Shown: positions 52,134 through 61,731 of the stretch, piece after piece
How the letters are laid out: each line of letters begins with the position of its first letter
How positions within the stretch are numbered: position 1 is the stretch's first letter
Source: Planctomycetota bacterium
GTDB lineage: Bacteria > Planctomycetota > GCA-002687715 > CAIWVZ01
Reading direction: 5' to 3'
Assembly (NCBI GenBank): GCA_044222185.1
Contig: JBGANV010000003.1
Location: forward strand, 832,727-896,726
DNA: 64,000 nucleotides
Program-made: the position numbers and the translations under genes
Notes under the pieces: generated by a model
Told to the model about the DNA's origin: nothing
Databases searched by the model: none
Seen by the model: the letters and a program-made list of their open reading frames with translations, nothing else

Positions 52134-53603
52134 ATGCCCGCCCAACCGCCGATCTTCGAGCCGCTCGAGAAGGCCATGCTGCGCCGTTTCCGGGATCTCC
52201 TGGGAACGACGCGCGTCTTCGACAACGCCGCCCGCGTCCTCGTGTACGAATGCGACGGCCTGACCCACTTCAAGCAGGTGCCGGCGGCGGTCGTGTTCCC
52301 GCGGACGACGGCGGAGGTCCAGGCGATCGTCCGGCTCTGCAACGAAGCGGGCGTTCCGTTCACGCCTCGGGGCGCGGGAACGGGGCTGTCCGGAGGAGCG
52401 ACGCCTCCGCGCGCGGGCGTCCTCATCGAGCTCACGCAGATGAATCGCATCCTGAGCATCGACCCTGAAAACCGCCTCGCGGTGATCGAGCCGGGCGTCA
52501 TCAACCAGAGCCTGACCGATGCCGTCAAACCCTACGGCCTCTACTACGCGCCCGACCCATCCAGCCAGACGGCGTGCTCGGTCGGCGGCAACGTGGCCGA
52601 GAACGCTGGCGGGCCGCACTGCCTGAAGTACGGATCGACGGAGCGCCACATCCTGAGCGTGAAGGTCGTACTCCCGGACGGGACCCTCGCCACTCTCGGC
52701 TGTGCCGCCGAGGGTGCGCACGGCCTCGACCTCCGCGGGCTCTTCCTCGGAAGTGAGGGCACTCTCGGCATCGCCACCGAAATCACCTGCCGGCTCCTCC
52801 CGATCCCCGCCGCCGTCGAGACGCTGCTCGCTCCCTTCCCCACGCTCGACCAGGCATGCCGCGCCGTCTCCGACATCATCGCGGCAGGGATCGCGCCGTC
52901 GGCGCTCGAAGCGCTCGACGAACGGACGATCGCCGCCGTCGAGGCGAGCGTTTTCAAGGCCGGATATCCCACGGAAGCCGGAGCCGTCCTCCTCGTGGAG
53001 CTGGACGGTCATCCCGCCGAGGTCGCCGACGCCTCCGCGAGGGTCGTCCGCCACCTCCAGCGCAACGGTTGCATCGCGGTGACGACGGCACGTGACGCCG
53101 ACGAGCGCAAACTCCTCTGGCGCGGCCGCAAGGGCGCGTTCGGCGCCATGGGCCGACTCGCCCCCGATCTCTACGTGCAGGACGCCGTCGTCCCGCGCAG
53201 CAAGCTTCCCGAGGTCCTCGCCAAGACCTGCGAGATCTGCGACCGCTTGAACCTGCGGCTCGCGAACGTCTTCCACGCCGGCGATGGCAACCTCCACCCG
53301 AACATCTGCTACGACGGCCGCAACGCGGACGAGGTGGCGCGGGTGGTCCAGGCCGGTCGCGAGATCGTCGAAGTGTGCCTGGCAGCCGGAGGAGCCCTTT
53401 CCGGCGAACACGGAATCGGCCTCGAGAAACAGGAGTTCATGGCGCTGCTCTTCTCCGACGACGATCTGGACGTCATGCGTCGTGTCCGCCTCGCCGTGAA
53501 CCCGCGCGAGCTGATGAACCCGGGCAAGATCCTGCCGACTCCGAGGGCCTGCGCGGAAGTGCGCGGCGCCAAGCTCGCGCGCGACGCCGAGGTTGCATCG
53601 TGA
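52134..53603 (+). CDS. glcD: Glycolate oxidase FAD subunit
   Basis: PRGAGTGLSGG, APDPSS, NAGGPHCLKYG, HAGDGNLHP, GEHGIG, NPGK. Confidence 0.9.
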   Translation: MPAQPPIFEPLEKAMLRRFRDLLGTTRVFDNAARVLVYECDGLTHFKQVPAAVVFPRTTAEVQAIVRLCNEAGVPFTPRGAGTGLSGGATPPRAGVLIELTQMNRILSIDPENRLAVIEPGVINQSLTDAVKPYGLYYAPDPSSQTACSVGGNVAENAGGPHCLKYGSTERHILSVKVVLPDGTLATLGCAAEGAHGLDLRGLFLGSEGTLGIATEITCRLLPIPAAVETLLAPFPTLDQACRAVSDIIAAGIAPSALEALDERTIAAVEASVFKAGYPTEAGAVLLVELDGHPAEVADASARVVRHLQRNGCIAVTTARDADERKLLWRGRKGAFGAMGRLAPDLYVQDAVVPRSKLPEVLAKTCEICDRLNLRLANVFHAGDGNLHPNICYDGRNADEVARVVQAGREIVEVCLAAGGALSGEHGIGLEKQEFMALLFSDDDLDVMRRVRLAVNPRELMNPGKILPTPRACAEVRGAKLARDAEVAS

Positions 53604-54874
53604 CGACGAGCCTGGGGACCACGCACGACGTGCTCGAAGCGATCCTGGGCTCGGACCGCGTCCGCCTGATCGAGTCGGGGGCCGAGCAGTACGCCCCGCA
53701 CGCACTGCCGCTCGTTCACGTGATGCCGCGGACGCGGGAGGAGGTTGCAGAGATCGTGCGCGCCGCCGCCCGCGACGGGTTCGTCATCGTGCCGGTCGGC
53801 GGGAACACGTCGCCGCGCGTGGGTCCCGCCGATCCGCGTGTCACGTGCCTTCTGTCCACCGAGTATCTCGATCGGGTCGTCGCTCACGAAGTCGGGGACC
53901 TGACTTTGACCGTGGAGTGCGGCGCCGGACTCGCATCCCTCAACGATGGGCTCCGCAAGCACCGCCAGTTCGTCGCCATGGATCCTCCCGATCCGGAACG
54001 AGCGACGATCGGCGGGATCATCGCCGCCGCGAGCGACGGCCCGCTCGCGTCCCGCTTCGGTCACGTCCGTGACCAGGTCCTCGGACTCGTCGTCGTAGGC
54101 GCGGACGGCCGCGTGACGAAGTGTGGCGGGCGCGTCGTGAAGAACGTGACGGGCTACGACCTCTGCCGCCTGTACACGGGGAGCCGAGGAGCGCTCGCGA
54201 TCATCCTCGAGGCGACCGTGCGGCTTCGGCCAACGCCCGAGGCGTCCGTGCGACTCGTCATGCGTCACCCGACCGATGACGGAGCCTTCGAGGCCGCCAT
54301 GGCACTGCGCGCCGGCGTTCCGGACCTGGCGGCGCTCCACCTCCTGGGCGGTGCGGCAGCGGCGGACCTCGGGATCGAAGAGGGCGCCGCGGTCGTCGCT
54401 TCCGTGATGGGGATGAAGTCGCTCGTGGGCGCGGTCATCGACGACGTCCGCGCCCGTGCCTCGGTGCCCGTGGAGGTCCAGGATGCGGGGATCGCCCTCG
54501 CGCCTTCGATGGAGGCGCCCCCGAACGACGTCGTCCTGCGGGTCGCGTCGCTGCCCGCGAGCTGGCGCGGCCTGCGCGCGTCCGTCGTGCCCCGGCTTGC
54601 GCCGGCGCGTGGGGTCGTCCACGACGTGCTTTCCGGCGTCCGCGAGTCCTGGTTCGAACCCGGCTCATCCCCGATCGTCGACCCGAGGAACCTGGAGCTC
54701 GCCCTGGTCGCGGCTGGCGCCACGATCGACATGCCCCGGGAGCCCTCGTTCCACCTCACGCTGGCCGATCGCTTCCCGAGCCAGGTCCCAGGTGGAATCG
54801 ACGTGATGCGCGGCCTGAAGGCGACGCTCGATCCCGCACGCCTCTTGAACCCCGGCCGAACGATCTTCGGCTGA
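53600..54874 (+). CDS. glcE: Glycolate oxidase FAD-binding subunit
   Basis: GTGA overlap with glcD; ATIGG, GGRVVKNVTGYDL, GSRG, LNPGR. Confidence 0.87.
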   Translation: MTTSLGTTHDVLEAILGSDRVRLIESGAEQYAPHALPLVHVMPRTREEVAEIVRAAARDGFVIVPVGGNTSPRVGPADPRVTCLLSTEYLDRVVAHEVGDLTLTVECGAGLASLNDGLRKHRQFVAMDPPDPERATIGGIIAAASDGPLASRFGHVRDQVLGLVVVGADGRVTKCGGRVVKNVTGYDLCRLYTGSRGALAIILEATVRLRPTPEASVRLVMRHPTDDGAFEAAMALRAGVPDLAALHLLGGAAAADLGIEEGAAVVASVMGMKSLVGAVIDDVRARASVPVEVQDAGIALAPSMEAPPNDVVLRVASLPASWRGLRASVVPRLAPARGVVHDVLSGVRESWFEPGSSPIVDPRNLELALVAAGATIDMPREPSFHLTLADRFPSQVPGGIDVMRGLKATLDPARLLNPGRTIFG

Positions 54875-55012
54875 ACCCGTCATCCGGGACCGGCGCTGGG
54901 CCCCCACGGCTCGTCCCGACCGGTTGGCGACGCCGTGGGCATGCGCCTACGATGCCGGCTCGCGAAAATGGCGCACCGTCGGAGCGAGGCGGCGCGTTCT
55001 TCGGAGGCCGTG

Positions 55013-55408
55013 ATGAACAGAGTCGCCCTGGCACTTTCCGTGTTGATCGGCGCTGCCGCCTGCCGATCGGCGCAGCACGTCGAGATGTCGATTCCCACGG
55101 AGATCACCACGGACTCCCAGGCGGCGGCCGACGGCCCCGCAGGATCGATCGCGAGCGTACGAGTCCATTGCACCGCCGAGGACACGATCTTCGAGAAGGA
55201 CGGCTACGAGCTGACGTTCCGCGGCCACCGCGGCTATTCGGGCCGGCTCGGTGAGCGTCACGGCCGGCTCACGATCGGAGCCCTGACGTTCGAGTACGAC
55301 GACGACGGCGTTTCCTGGTCCGGCCCGCACGGCGGCGGTCGCTATGCCCGACTTCCCCACGCCTGGGCGGCGGTGATCGAACAGAGCGGTGCGAGCTTCG
55401 TTCACTGA
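55013..55408 (+). CDS. Small lipoprotein of unknown function
   Basis: MNRVALALSVLIGAAAC lipobox; GGAGG SD. Confidence 0.7.
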   Translation: MNRVALALSVLIGAAACRSAQHVEMSIPTEITTDSQAAADGPAGSIASVRVHCTAEDTIFEKDGYELTFRGHRGYSGRLGERHGRLTIGALTFEYDDDGVSWSGPHGGGRYARLPHAWAAVIEQSGASFVH

Positions 55409-55502
55409 CCGGCCGCCCCGCTCGAGGCCTCGGTCACGGACCGCCCCCGGCTCGAGAATCAGGCAGTGAGTCGTCGTCGCGGCGCGTATCGTCTCTCCGC
55501 CC

Positions 55503-56765
55503 ATGACGACCGCGGCCGATGCCCCCTCGAACCTCGCGAGCCAGCCCGAGCGCCTCGCGTATCAGCAGTCGCTCGACTGCGTCCACTGCGGACTCTGCAC
55601 GCAGCACTGCCCGACGTACCGCATCACCGGTGACGAGAACCAGAATCCGCGCGGCCGAATCTACCTCATGCGGGCCCTTCTCGAGGGTCGCGCCAAGCCC
55701 GATCTCGACCTCGTCGCCAACCTCGATTCGTGTCTCGTCTGCCGCGCGTGCGAGTCCGTCTGCCCGTCGGGCGTGCGATTCGGCGAGCTCATGGCGCACA
55801 CGCGCCACGAGCTGCGCCGGCCGGGTGCGATCCGGCGGTTCCTCCTCCGTCGCGTGATTCCGGACCGTACACGGCTCAACCGCCTCGCGGGCCTCTTGCG
55901 CTTCTGGCAGCGGTCGATCTTTCGCCCGATCCGTCATCTGCTCCCGAGGCGGCTTCGCGTCATGGAGTCCATGGCTCCGGAGATCCCGCGAGCCTCCGAT
56001 CGCCGCCCGCTTCCTCGGCGCGCGTTCGCGGCCGGCGAGAAGAAGGGAACCGTGGCGCTGCTCGAGGGCTGCGTGATGGCCGTCCTGTTCCAGGACGTGA
56101 ACCGCGACACCATGCGGCTCCTCTCGCGCGCTGGGTTCGACGTCATCGTGCCCGAGGGACAGACGTGTTGCGGCGCCCTCCACGAGCATGACGGCGATCT
56201 CGACACGGCTCGCTCGCTGGCACGCACGAACATCGCGGCGTTCACCGCGCCGAAGGCCGACGCCGTCGTCACCAACAGCGCTGGGTGCAGCGCGGCGCTC
56301 GTGGGTTACGGGCATCTCACCCCGGATGCGACGGCCGCCGCACGGCTCCCCCGCATCGTCGACGTCACGCGATTCCTCCTGGAGAACGGCGAGCGGCTGA
56401 CGTTCGTGGCGCGGCCGGAGATCGTCACCTACGACGCGCCGTGTCATCTCCATCACGCCCAGGGTGAGACGAAGGCACCGCTCGATCTCCTGAAGCGGGT
56501 CCCGGGCGTCCGCCTCGTGCCGCTGGAGATGGCTGAGCTCTGCTGTGGTGCCGCCGGGATCTACAACGTCGACCACCCCGAGATGAGCGACGCCGTCCTC
56601 GAGCCCAAGCTCGACGCGTTGAAGCGTACGGGTGCCGACGTGCTGCTCACGGGCAACCCGGGATGCATCCTGCAGTGGCGACGGGGGATCGCCCGCCGAG
56701 GCCTCTCGATCCGCGTCGAACACCCCGCGACGTTCCTCGCCTCCCGCCTCACCGCCGAAGGTTGA
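55503..56765 (+). CDS. glcF: Glycolate oxidase Fe-S subunit
   Basis: CVHCGLCTQHCP, CLVCRACESVCP, CCG domains (QTCCGA, LCCGAAG), NPGC. Confidence 0.92.
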   Translation: MTTAADAPSNLASQPERLAYQQSLDCVHCGLCTQHCPTYRITGDENQNPRGRIYLMRALLEGRAKPDLDLVANLDSCLVCRACESVCPSGVRFGELMAHTRHELRRPGAIRRFLLRRVIPDRTRLNRLAGLLRFWQRSIFRPIRHLLPRRLRVMESMAPEIPRASDRRPLPRRAFAAGEKKGTVALLEGCVMAVLFQDVNRDTMRLLSRAGFDVIVPEGQTCCGALHEHDGDLDTARSLARTNIAAFTAPKADAVVTNSAGCSAALVGYGHLTPDATAAARLPRIVDVTRFLLENGERLTFVARPEIVTYDAPCHLHHAQGETKAPLDLLKRVPGVRLVPLEMAELCCGAAGIYNVDHPEMSDAVLEPKLDALKRTGADVLLTGNPGCILQWRRGIARRGLSIRVEHPATFLASRLTAEG

Positions 56766-56977
56766 CCGGATCGGCCGATGCCCCGTCGGCATCGAACGTA
56801 GAGAGACGCCCAAAAGGTCCCGGCTCAGCTCGGCCGAAAAGACGTACGGACGCGTGCTTTCTGGTACTTTCAGCCGCCCGTTTCGGCCGTGAGGGCGCCG
56901 GCCGACGACGCGGCGCTCGACCGCGGAAGACGAGAGGGGCTCGGCGATTGCGCGCGCACCCGAAAGAGGATGGAACG

Positions 56978-57874
56978 ATGCAACTTGGTTTCGTCGGGCT
57001 CGGGAAGATGGGCGGGTTCATGGTCCAGCGGCTGCTTGGCGGCGGGCACCAGGTCGTCGTCTACGACCGCAGCGCGGAAGCGACGAAGGCGGCGTCAGCC
57101 AACGGGGCCCGCGGAACCGATTCACTCGAAGGTCTCGTCGCGGCACTTGCGGCACCGAGGGCCGTGTGGGTGATGGTGCCGAGCGGCGCCCCGACCACCG
57201 ACACCATCGAGGCACTCGGCCGGATCCTGAAGCCCGGCGACACGATCATCGACGGTGGCAACTCCCGCTTCCACGACTCGATCGCGGCGCACGCCGCCTT
57301 GAACGCCAAAGGCATCCACTTCATCGACGCGGGAACGTCCGGCGGCATCTGGGGGCTCAAGAACGGCTATTGCCTGATGATCGGCGGGGACGCCGAACCG
57401 GTGACGCGGCTCGCGCCCATCTTCACGACGCTCGCCCCACCGGACGGGTGGGCGCACGTGGGCGGCCCCGGCGCCGGCCACCACTGCAAGATGATCCACA
57501 ACGGGATCGAGTACGGGATGATGCAGGCCTACGCCGAGGGCTTCGAGATCCTGCGGCGGTCGCGCTACCAGTTCGACCTCCACCAGGTCACGAAGGTCTG
57601 GAACCGCGGATCGGTCGTCCGGTCGTGGCTGTGCGAACTCGCCGAGGACATGTTCAAGGCGAACCCCACGCTCGACGGGATCAAGCCGTTCGTACCCGAT
57701 TCGGGTGAGGGTCGCTGGACGGTGCAAGAGGCCATCGACCTCGACGTGCCGGCGCCGGTCATCACGCACTCGCTCTTGTTCAGGCTCGCGAGCCGCCAGG
57801 AGGAGTCCTTCGCCGGGAAGGCTCTCGCCGCCATGCGGAATGCCTTCGGCGGCCATGCCGTGAAGAAGGCCTGA
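56978..57874 (+). CDS. gnd: 6-phosphogluconate dehydrogenase, decarboxylating (short form)
   Basis: GLGKMG, DGGNS, GTSGG, KMIHNGIEYG, DSGEGRWT, AMRNAFGGH. Confidence 0.94.
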   Translation: MQLGFVGLGKMGGFMVQRLLGGGHQVVVYDRSAEATKAASANGARGTDSLEGLVAALAAPRAVWVMVPSGAPTTDTIEALGRILKPGDTIIDGGNSRFHDSIAAHAALNAKGIHFIDAGTSGGIWGLKNGYCLMIGGDAEPVTRLAPIFTTLAPPDGWAHVGGPGAGHHCKMIHNGIEYGMMQAYAEGFEILRRSRYQFDLHQVTKVWNRGSVVRSWLCELAEDMFKANPTLDGIKPFVPDSGEGRWTVQEAIDLDVPAPVITHSLLFRLASRQEESFAGKALAAMRNAFGGHAVKKA

Positions 57875-57877
57875 CCC

Positions 57878-59422
57878 ATGAAGATGAAGCTGAAAGACGG
57901 CAACGGGAACGGCGACGGAGCACACCCCCAAGCCGTCGCACCGCACGTCTTCGTCCTGTTCGGTGGGGCCGGCGACCTGGCGAAGCGCAAGATCGTTCCG
58001 GCGCTCTACAACCTGGCGCGACAAGGACTCCTCCCCGAAGCGTTCGCACTCGTCGGGATCGGCAGCACGCCCAAGTCGAACGAGGACTACCGCGCGCTCA
58101 TGCGCAGCTCGGTCGAGGAGTTCTCGCGCAAGAAGCCCGTCGAAGACGCCATCTGGTCCAAGTTCGGCCCCAAGCTCTACTTCCTCTCCGGCGACTTCGG
58201 GAGCGACGCGCTGTACGCGGACTTGAAGGCGACGCTGCAGCGGATCGACCGTGAGCACGCGACCGACGGCAACCGTCTCTTCTACCTCGCGACCCCGCCC
58301 TCGTTCTTCGGGCCCATCGCCACGAGCCTGGGCAGGGCTGGCGTCATGCGCCGTCGCAAGGAAGGAACGGGCTTCGTCAGGCTGATCGTCGAGAAGCCCT
58401 TCGGCCGCGACGAGGCGTCTGCCCGTCAGCTCAACGACACGCTTCTGTCGGTGCTGGACGAGCAGCAGATCTACCGAATCGACCACTACCTCGGCAAAGA
58501 GACCGTCCAGAACCTGATGGTGTTCCGCTTCGCGAACACGCTCTTCGAGCCCGTGTGGAACCGGCGGTACATCGACCACGTGCAGATCACCGTGGCCGAG
58601 AGCATCGGCATCGAGCATCGAGCCCGCTACTACGAGGAGTCCGGCGCCCTGCGGGACATGGTGCAAAACCACCTCCTGCAACTCATGACACTCGTCGCCA
58701 TGGAGCCGCCGCCGGCGTTCGATGCGGATGCCGTGCGCGACGAGAAGGTGAAGGTCCTGCGCTCGATCCGCCCGCTCGCCGAGGACGAGATCGCCCACAA
58801 CGTGATCCGCGGCCAGTACGAGACGGGGATCCTCGACCGGCAGTCCGTGCCGGGTTATCGCGAGGAGGAAGGGGTCGCGCCGAAGTCGCAGGTGGAGACC
58901 TTCGTCGCGTGGCGTCTCTTCGTCGACAACTGGCGCTGGCAGGACGTCCCGTTCTACCTGCGTACCGGCAAACGCCTGCCTCGCCGCGTTTCGGAGATCG
59001 CGATCCAGTTCAAGCGCGTCCCGCATCTCCTCTTCCGGTTCCTCGAGAAGAACCGCCTCAAGGGGAACCTCATCGTCATTCGCCTCCAGCCTGACGAGGC
59101 GATCTCCGTGCGCTTCGAGTCGAAGATCCCCGGACCCGACATCCGCGTTCAGGCCGTCGACATGGACTTCCGCTGGGACGAGGCGTTCGGCAACGAGCAG
59201 CCCGAGGCGTACGAGACGCTCCTCCTCGACTGCATGCAGGGCGACGGCACGCTCTTCAACCGGAACGATCAGGTCGAAGTCGCGTGGCGTCTCACGGACC
59301 CGATCCTGAACTACTGGAAGGAGACGGAAGACCCCGTCCCGACGTACGCAGCGGGGACGTGGGGTCCGCAGGAGTCGCACATCTTCCTGGCGCAGTCGGG
59401 GCACACGTGGCGACAACCCTGA
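57878..59422 (+). CDS. zwf: Glucose-6-phosphate 1-dehydrogenase
   Basis: GGAGDLAKRK, EKPFG, RIDHYLGKE, DMVQNH, RTGKR. Confidence 0.96.
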   Translation: MKMKLKDGNGNGDGAHPQAVAPHVFVLFGGAGDLAKRKIVPALYNLARQGLLPEAFALVGIGSTPKSNEDYRALMRSSVEEFSRKKPVEDAIWSKFGPKLYFLSGDFGSDALYADLKATLQRIDREHATDGNRLFYLATPPSFFGPIATSLGRAGVMRRRKEGTGFVRLIVEKPFGRDEASARQLNDTLLSVLDEQQIYRIDHYLGKETVQNLMVFRFANTLFEPVWNRRYIDHVQITVAESIGIEHRARYYEESGALRDMVQNHLLQLMTLVAMEPPPAFDADAVRDEKVKVLRSIRPLAEDEIAHNVIRGQYETGILDRQSVPGYREEEGVAPKSQVETFVAWRLFVDNWRWQDVPFYLRTGKRLPRRVSEIAIQFKRVPHLLFRFLEKNRLKGNLIVIRLQPDEAISVRFESKIPGPDIRVQAVDMDFRWDEAFGNEQPEAYETLLLDCMQGDGTLFNRNDQVEVAWRLTDPILNYWKETEDPVPTYAAGTWGPQESHIFLAQSGHTWRQP

Positions 59423-59601
59423 TGGATGACGTGATCGCGGTCGACTGCCCCTCGTGCGGCGAGCCTTCGGAGATCGAGGTGGACTTCTCCGCGGGGAAGT
59501 CGCAGCGTTTCACGCAGGACTGCCCCGTGTGCTGCCGGCCGTGGGTCGTACGGGTGACCATTCGCCGCGGTCGAGCCGAGGTCCAGGTCGAGGCCGAGTG
59601 A
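59422..59601 (+). CDS. CPXCG-motif cysteine-rich Zn-ribbon protein (59 aa)
   Basis: MDDVIAVDCPSCGE...QDCPVCCRPW; TGATG overlaps with both zwf and pgl. Confidence 0.85.
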   Translation: MDDVIAVDCPSCGEPSEIEVDFSAGKSQRFTQDCPVCCRPWVVRVTIRRGRAEVQVEAE

Positions 59602-60341
59602 TGACTCTGCCCGTCCAGGTCCTCCCCGATCCACAAGGCGCCGCGCGCGCCGCGGCCGACGTCGTTCGACGTGCCGCGCAGGACGCCGTTCGCGAGCGGG
59701 GTCGGTTCTCCATCGCGCTCTCGGGCGGAACGACTCCGGCGATGATGTACGAGGACCTCGCGACGAACACCGACCGCCCGGTCCCCTGGAATGTGACCGA
59801 CGTGTTCTTCACCGACGAGCGGTGCGTGCCGCCGACGCATGCCGAAAGCAATTACGCACTCGCGAAACGCGCGCTCATCGATCCCCTCGGCCTGGATTCC
59901 GCGCGCGTCCACCGCCTTCGCGGCGAGGTCAAGGATCACGTCGGAGAGGCCCAACGCGCCGAAGCGGACCTCCTGGCGTACTCACCCGACGGAGGCGTGG
60001 ACATCGCCCTCCTCGGACTCGGACCCGACGGGCACGTGGCCTCGCTCTTCCCGCGCACACCGGGGCTGGACGTTTCGGATCGCTTCATCGTCGCCAACCC
60101 GGCAGGTCTCGCCCCGTTCGTTCCACGCCTCACCTGGACCTTCGCAGCCCTCGCGAAGGCGCGCTTCGTCCTGATTCTCTGCACGGGTGCAGCGAAGGCC
60201 GACGTTCTGTGGCGAGCCGCGGGGCTGCGTGACTCCCACCTGCCGGTGTCACGAGTGCGAAGTGCTTCCGGCCCGCCCATGATCATCGCGGATCGCGCCG
60301 CCGCGGCGCGGCTCGACGCACAGGGCGGCGAGCCCCGCTGA
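59601..60341 (+). CDS. pgl: 6-phosphogluconolactonase
   Basis: LSGGTTP, DERCVP, SNY, GLGPDGHVASLFP, RLTWT. Confidence 0.93.
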   Translation: MTLPVQVLPDPQGAARAAADVVRRAAQDAVRERGRFSIALSGGTTPAMMYEDLATNTDRPVPWNVTDVFFTDERCVPPTHAESNYALAKRALIDPLGLDSARVHRLRGEVKDHVGEAQRAEADLLAYSPDGGVDIALLGLGPDGHVASLFPRTPGLDVSDRFIVANPAGLAPFVPRLTWTFAALAKARFVLILCTGAAKADVLWRAAGLRDSHLPVSRVRSASGPPMIIADRAAAARLDAQGGEPR

Positions 60342-60398
60342 GGCCCAGGGGCGCCGGGATGCCGCGCTCCGAGGCGGCCCCTCTCAGCTCTTCGTTTC

Positions 60399-61589
60399 TC
60401 AGCGCTTCGTCGACAGCTCGAAGTCCGCGGGCTTCAAATCGACCTCGAACGTGCCGTTGCGCGCCAGGATCTGCAGGCGAACGCCGTCGTGCTGCTTCGC
60501 AGCCGCGACGGCCAGAGACCTCATCGGCTTCTGTGCGACCGTCGCGCGCATGGGCATCTCGATCGTGTCGCGCATGGTCGCGGGCGGAGTGGTCCGTGCC
60601 CGCGCCGCGTTCAGTTCGGCCGTGAGCGCCAACACGCGTTGTTCCGCACGGGCGATGGCCTTGGTCCGCTGGGGCGACTCCTCTCCCTCGCGCAAGGCCT
60701 TGAGGTAGCCCTCGGCGGCCTTCATCTCGGCCTCCAGTTTCGCCACGGACTCCTTCGCCCTGGGCCGTCGCGAGTCCACGTTCTGGAACGTGATGCGCGG
60801 CGACTTCGGATCGAGGGTGACGGAGATCTTCCACGACCACGTCGTGGTGCCGCCCACGAGCGTGAGGCGCCCCGCGTCGTCGATCTGGATCACCTCGGCG
60901 AGGGGGCCCGCAGGGCGGTCCGAGCGATCACTGACTGGAGCGGCATCGAAGGCCCAGACCGACTCACCGACGTCGACGCCGGCGACGCCGAAGGTCGCCG
61001 TCGGTCCACCGAACGGGAGCGGTTCGGTCGCCTGCCACGGCAGTGTGCCCAGTTCGAAGTCGCCGCCGAACGGGCCCCACCGAGCCGAAAGCACGCCGGG
61101 CTTGCTCGCGTCCACCCGAAGCGTCGGTGCCGTCGCCGCGGCGGGCGATCCCAGCGGCCGCAGGGCGATCCCTCCCCTGGCATCGCTGCCAAAGGTGAGA
61201 TCGTCGCGCGTCGGCGCCGGGTGGTCGTCGATGGCCACCGTCAGGCCGGCGGCACCGAAGTCGACCAGCAGCCGATAGGCACCCGGCGGAAGAAGTTTGA
61301 TTTCGCGGAAGTCGAGGGGGCGGGGGTCGGCGTCCGTCGGGATGCGGCCGGCGAGAACGAACGCGCGGTCGCTGCGGATCGAGCCGGCCACGGCCAGAGG
61401 GGCCTTGCCGTTGCGGGCCTGGTCGATGACGGCCCCGTCGCTCGGCCACGCCTGCGGCTCGATCTCCACATGGACAGCGGGTGACGCGGCTGCAGCGGCC
61501 TTGTCGGCGCCCGACTCCTGAGGTGCGCGCGCGACAACGCTCGACACGAAGCACGACAACGCGGTCACGACGACGAAGGTCCTGAGCAT
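60399..61589 (-). CDS. Secreted hypothetical protein with a coiled coil near the C-terminus
   Basis: Signal peptide MLRTFVVVTALSCFVSSVVA; AGGGGA upstream; AKLEAEMKAAEGYLKAL coiled coil. Confidence 0.7.
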   Translation of the reverse strand: MLRTFVVVTALSCFVSSVVARAPQESGADKAAAAASPAVHVEIEPQAWPSDGAVIDQARNGKAPLAVAGSIRSDRAFVLAGRIPTDADPRPLDFREIKLLPPGAYRLLVDFGAAGLTVAIDDHPAPTRDDLTFGSDARGGIALRPLGSPAAATAPTLRVDASKPGVLSARWGPFGGDFELGTLPWQATEPLPFGGPTATFGVAGVDVGESVWAFDAAPVSDRSDRPAGPLAEVIQIDDAGRLTLVGGTTTWSWKISVTLDPKSPRITFQNVDSRRPRAKESVAKLEAEMKAAEGYLKALREGEESPQRTKAIARAEQRVLALTAELNAARARTTPPATMRDTIEMPMRATVAQKPMRSLAVAAAKQHDGVRLQILARNGTFEVDLKPADFELSTKR

Positions 61590-61648
61590 GGCTTCCCCTG
61601 CGGGCTCGGGCGCGGGTCGAGCGACCCGCGCGCCGGATGTCGAACGAA

Positions 61649-61672
61649 GCGGGCGCGCGATTGCGCGCCCGC
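61649..61672 (-). terminator. Terminator-like hairpin downstream of the repeat protein gene
   Basis: GCGGGCGCGC-N4-GCGCGCCCGC followed by TTCGTT on the minus strand. Confidence 0.4.
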
Positions 61673-61731
61673 GCATGCTACGTCGTCGCGAGGGCGCCCG
61701 GGCCTGAAGCCCGAACGCCTCTCCCGAGAGA

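Noticed and set aside
56830-56889. Inverted repeat CGGCCGAAA...TTTCGGCCG upstream of gnd as an operator or riboswitch
   Set aside because: A single 9-bp GC-rich repeat with a long spacer could arise by chance; no recognisable family.
502-59416. Many long ORFs antisense to real genes (e.g. 502-1527, 1925-4096, 5037-7142, 18316-20535, 45307-47643, 48883-51132, 51066-53705, 57122-59416)
   Set aside because: They are codon-aligned shadows of high-GC genes with Arg/His/Val-rich, motif-free translations. Only the tail of 30919-34221 is real (AroQ).
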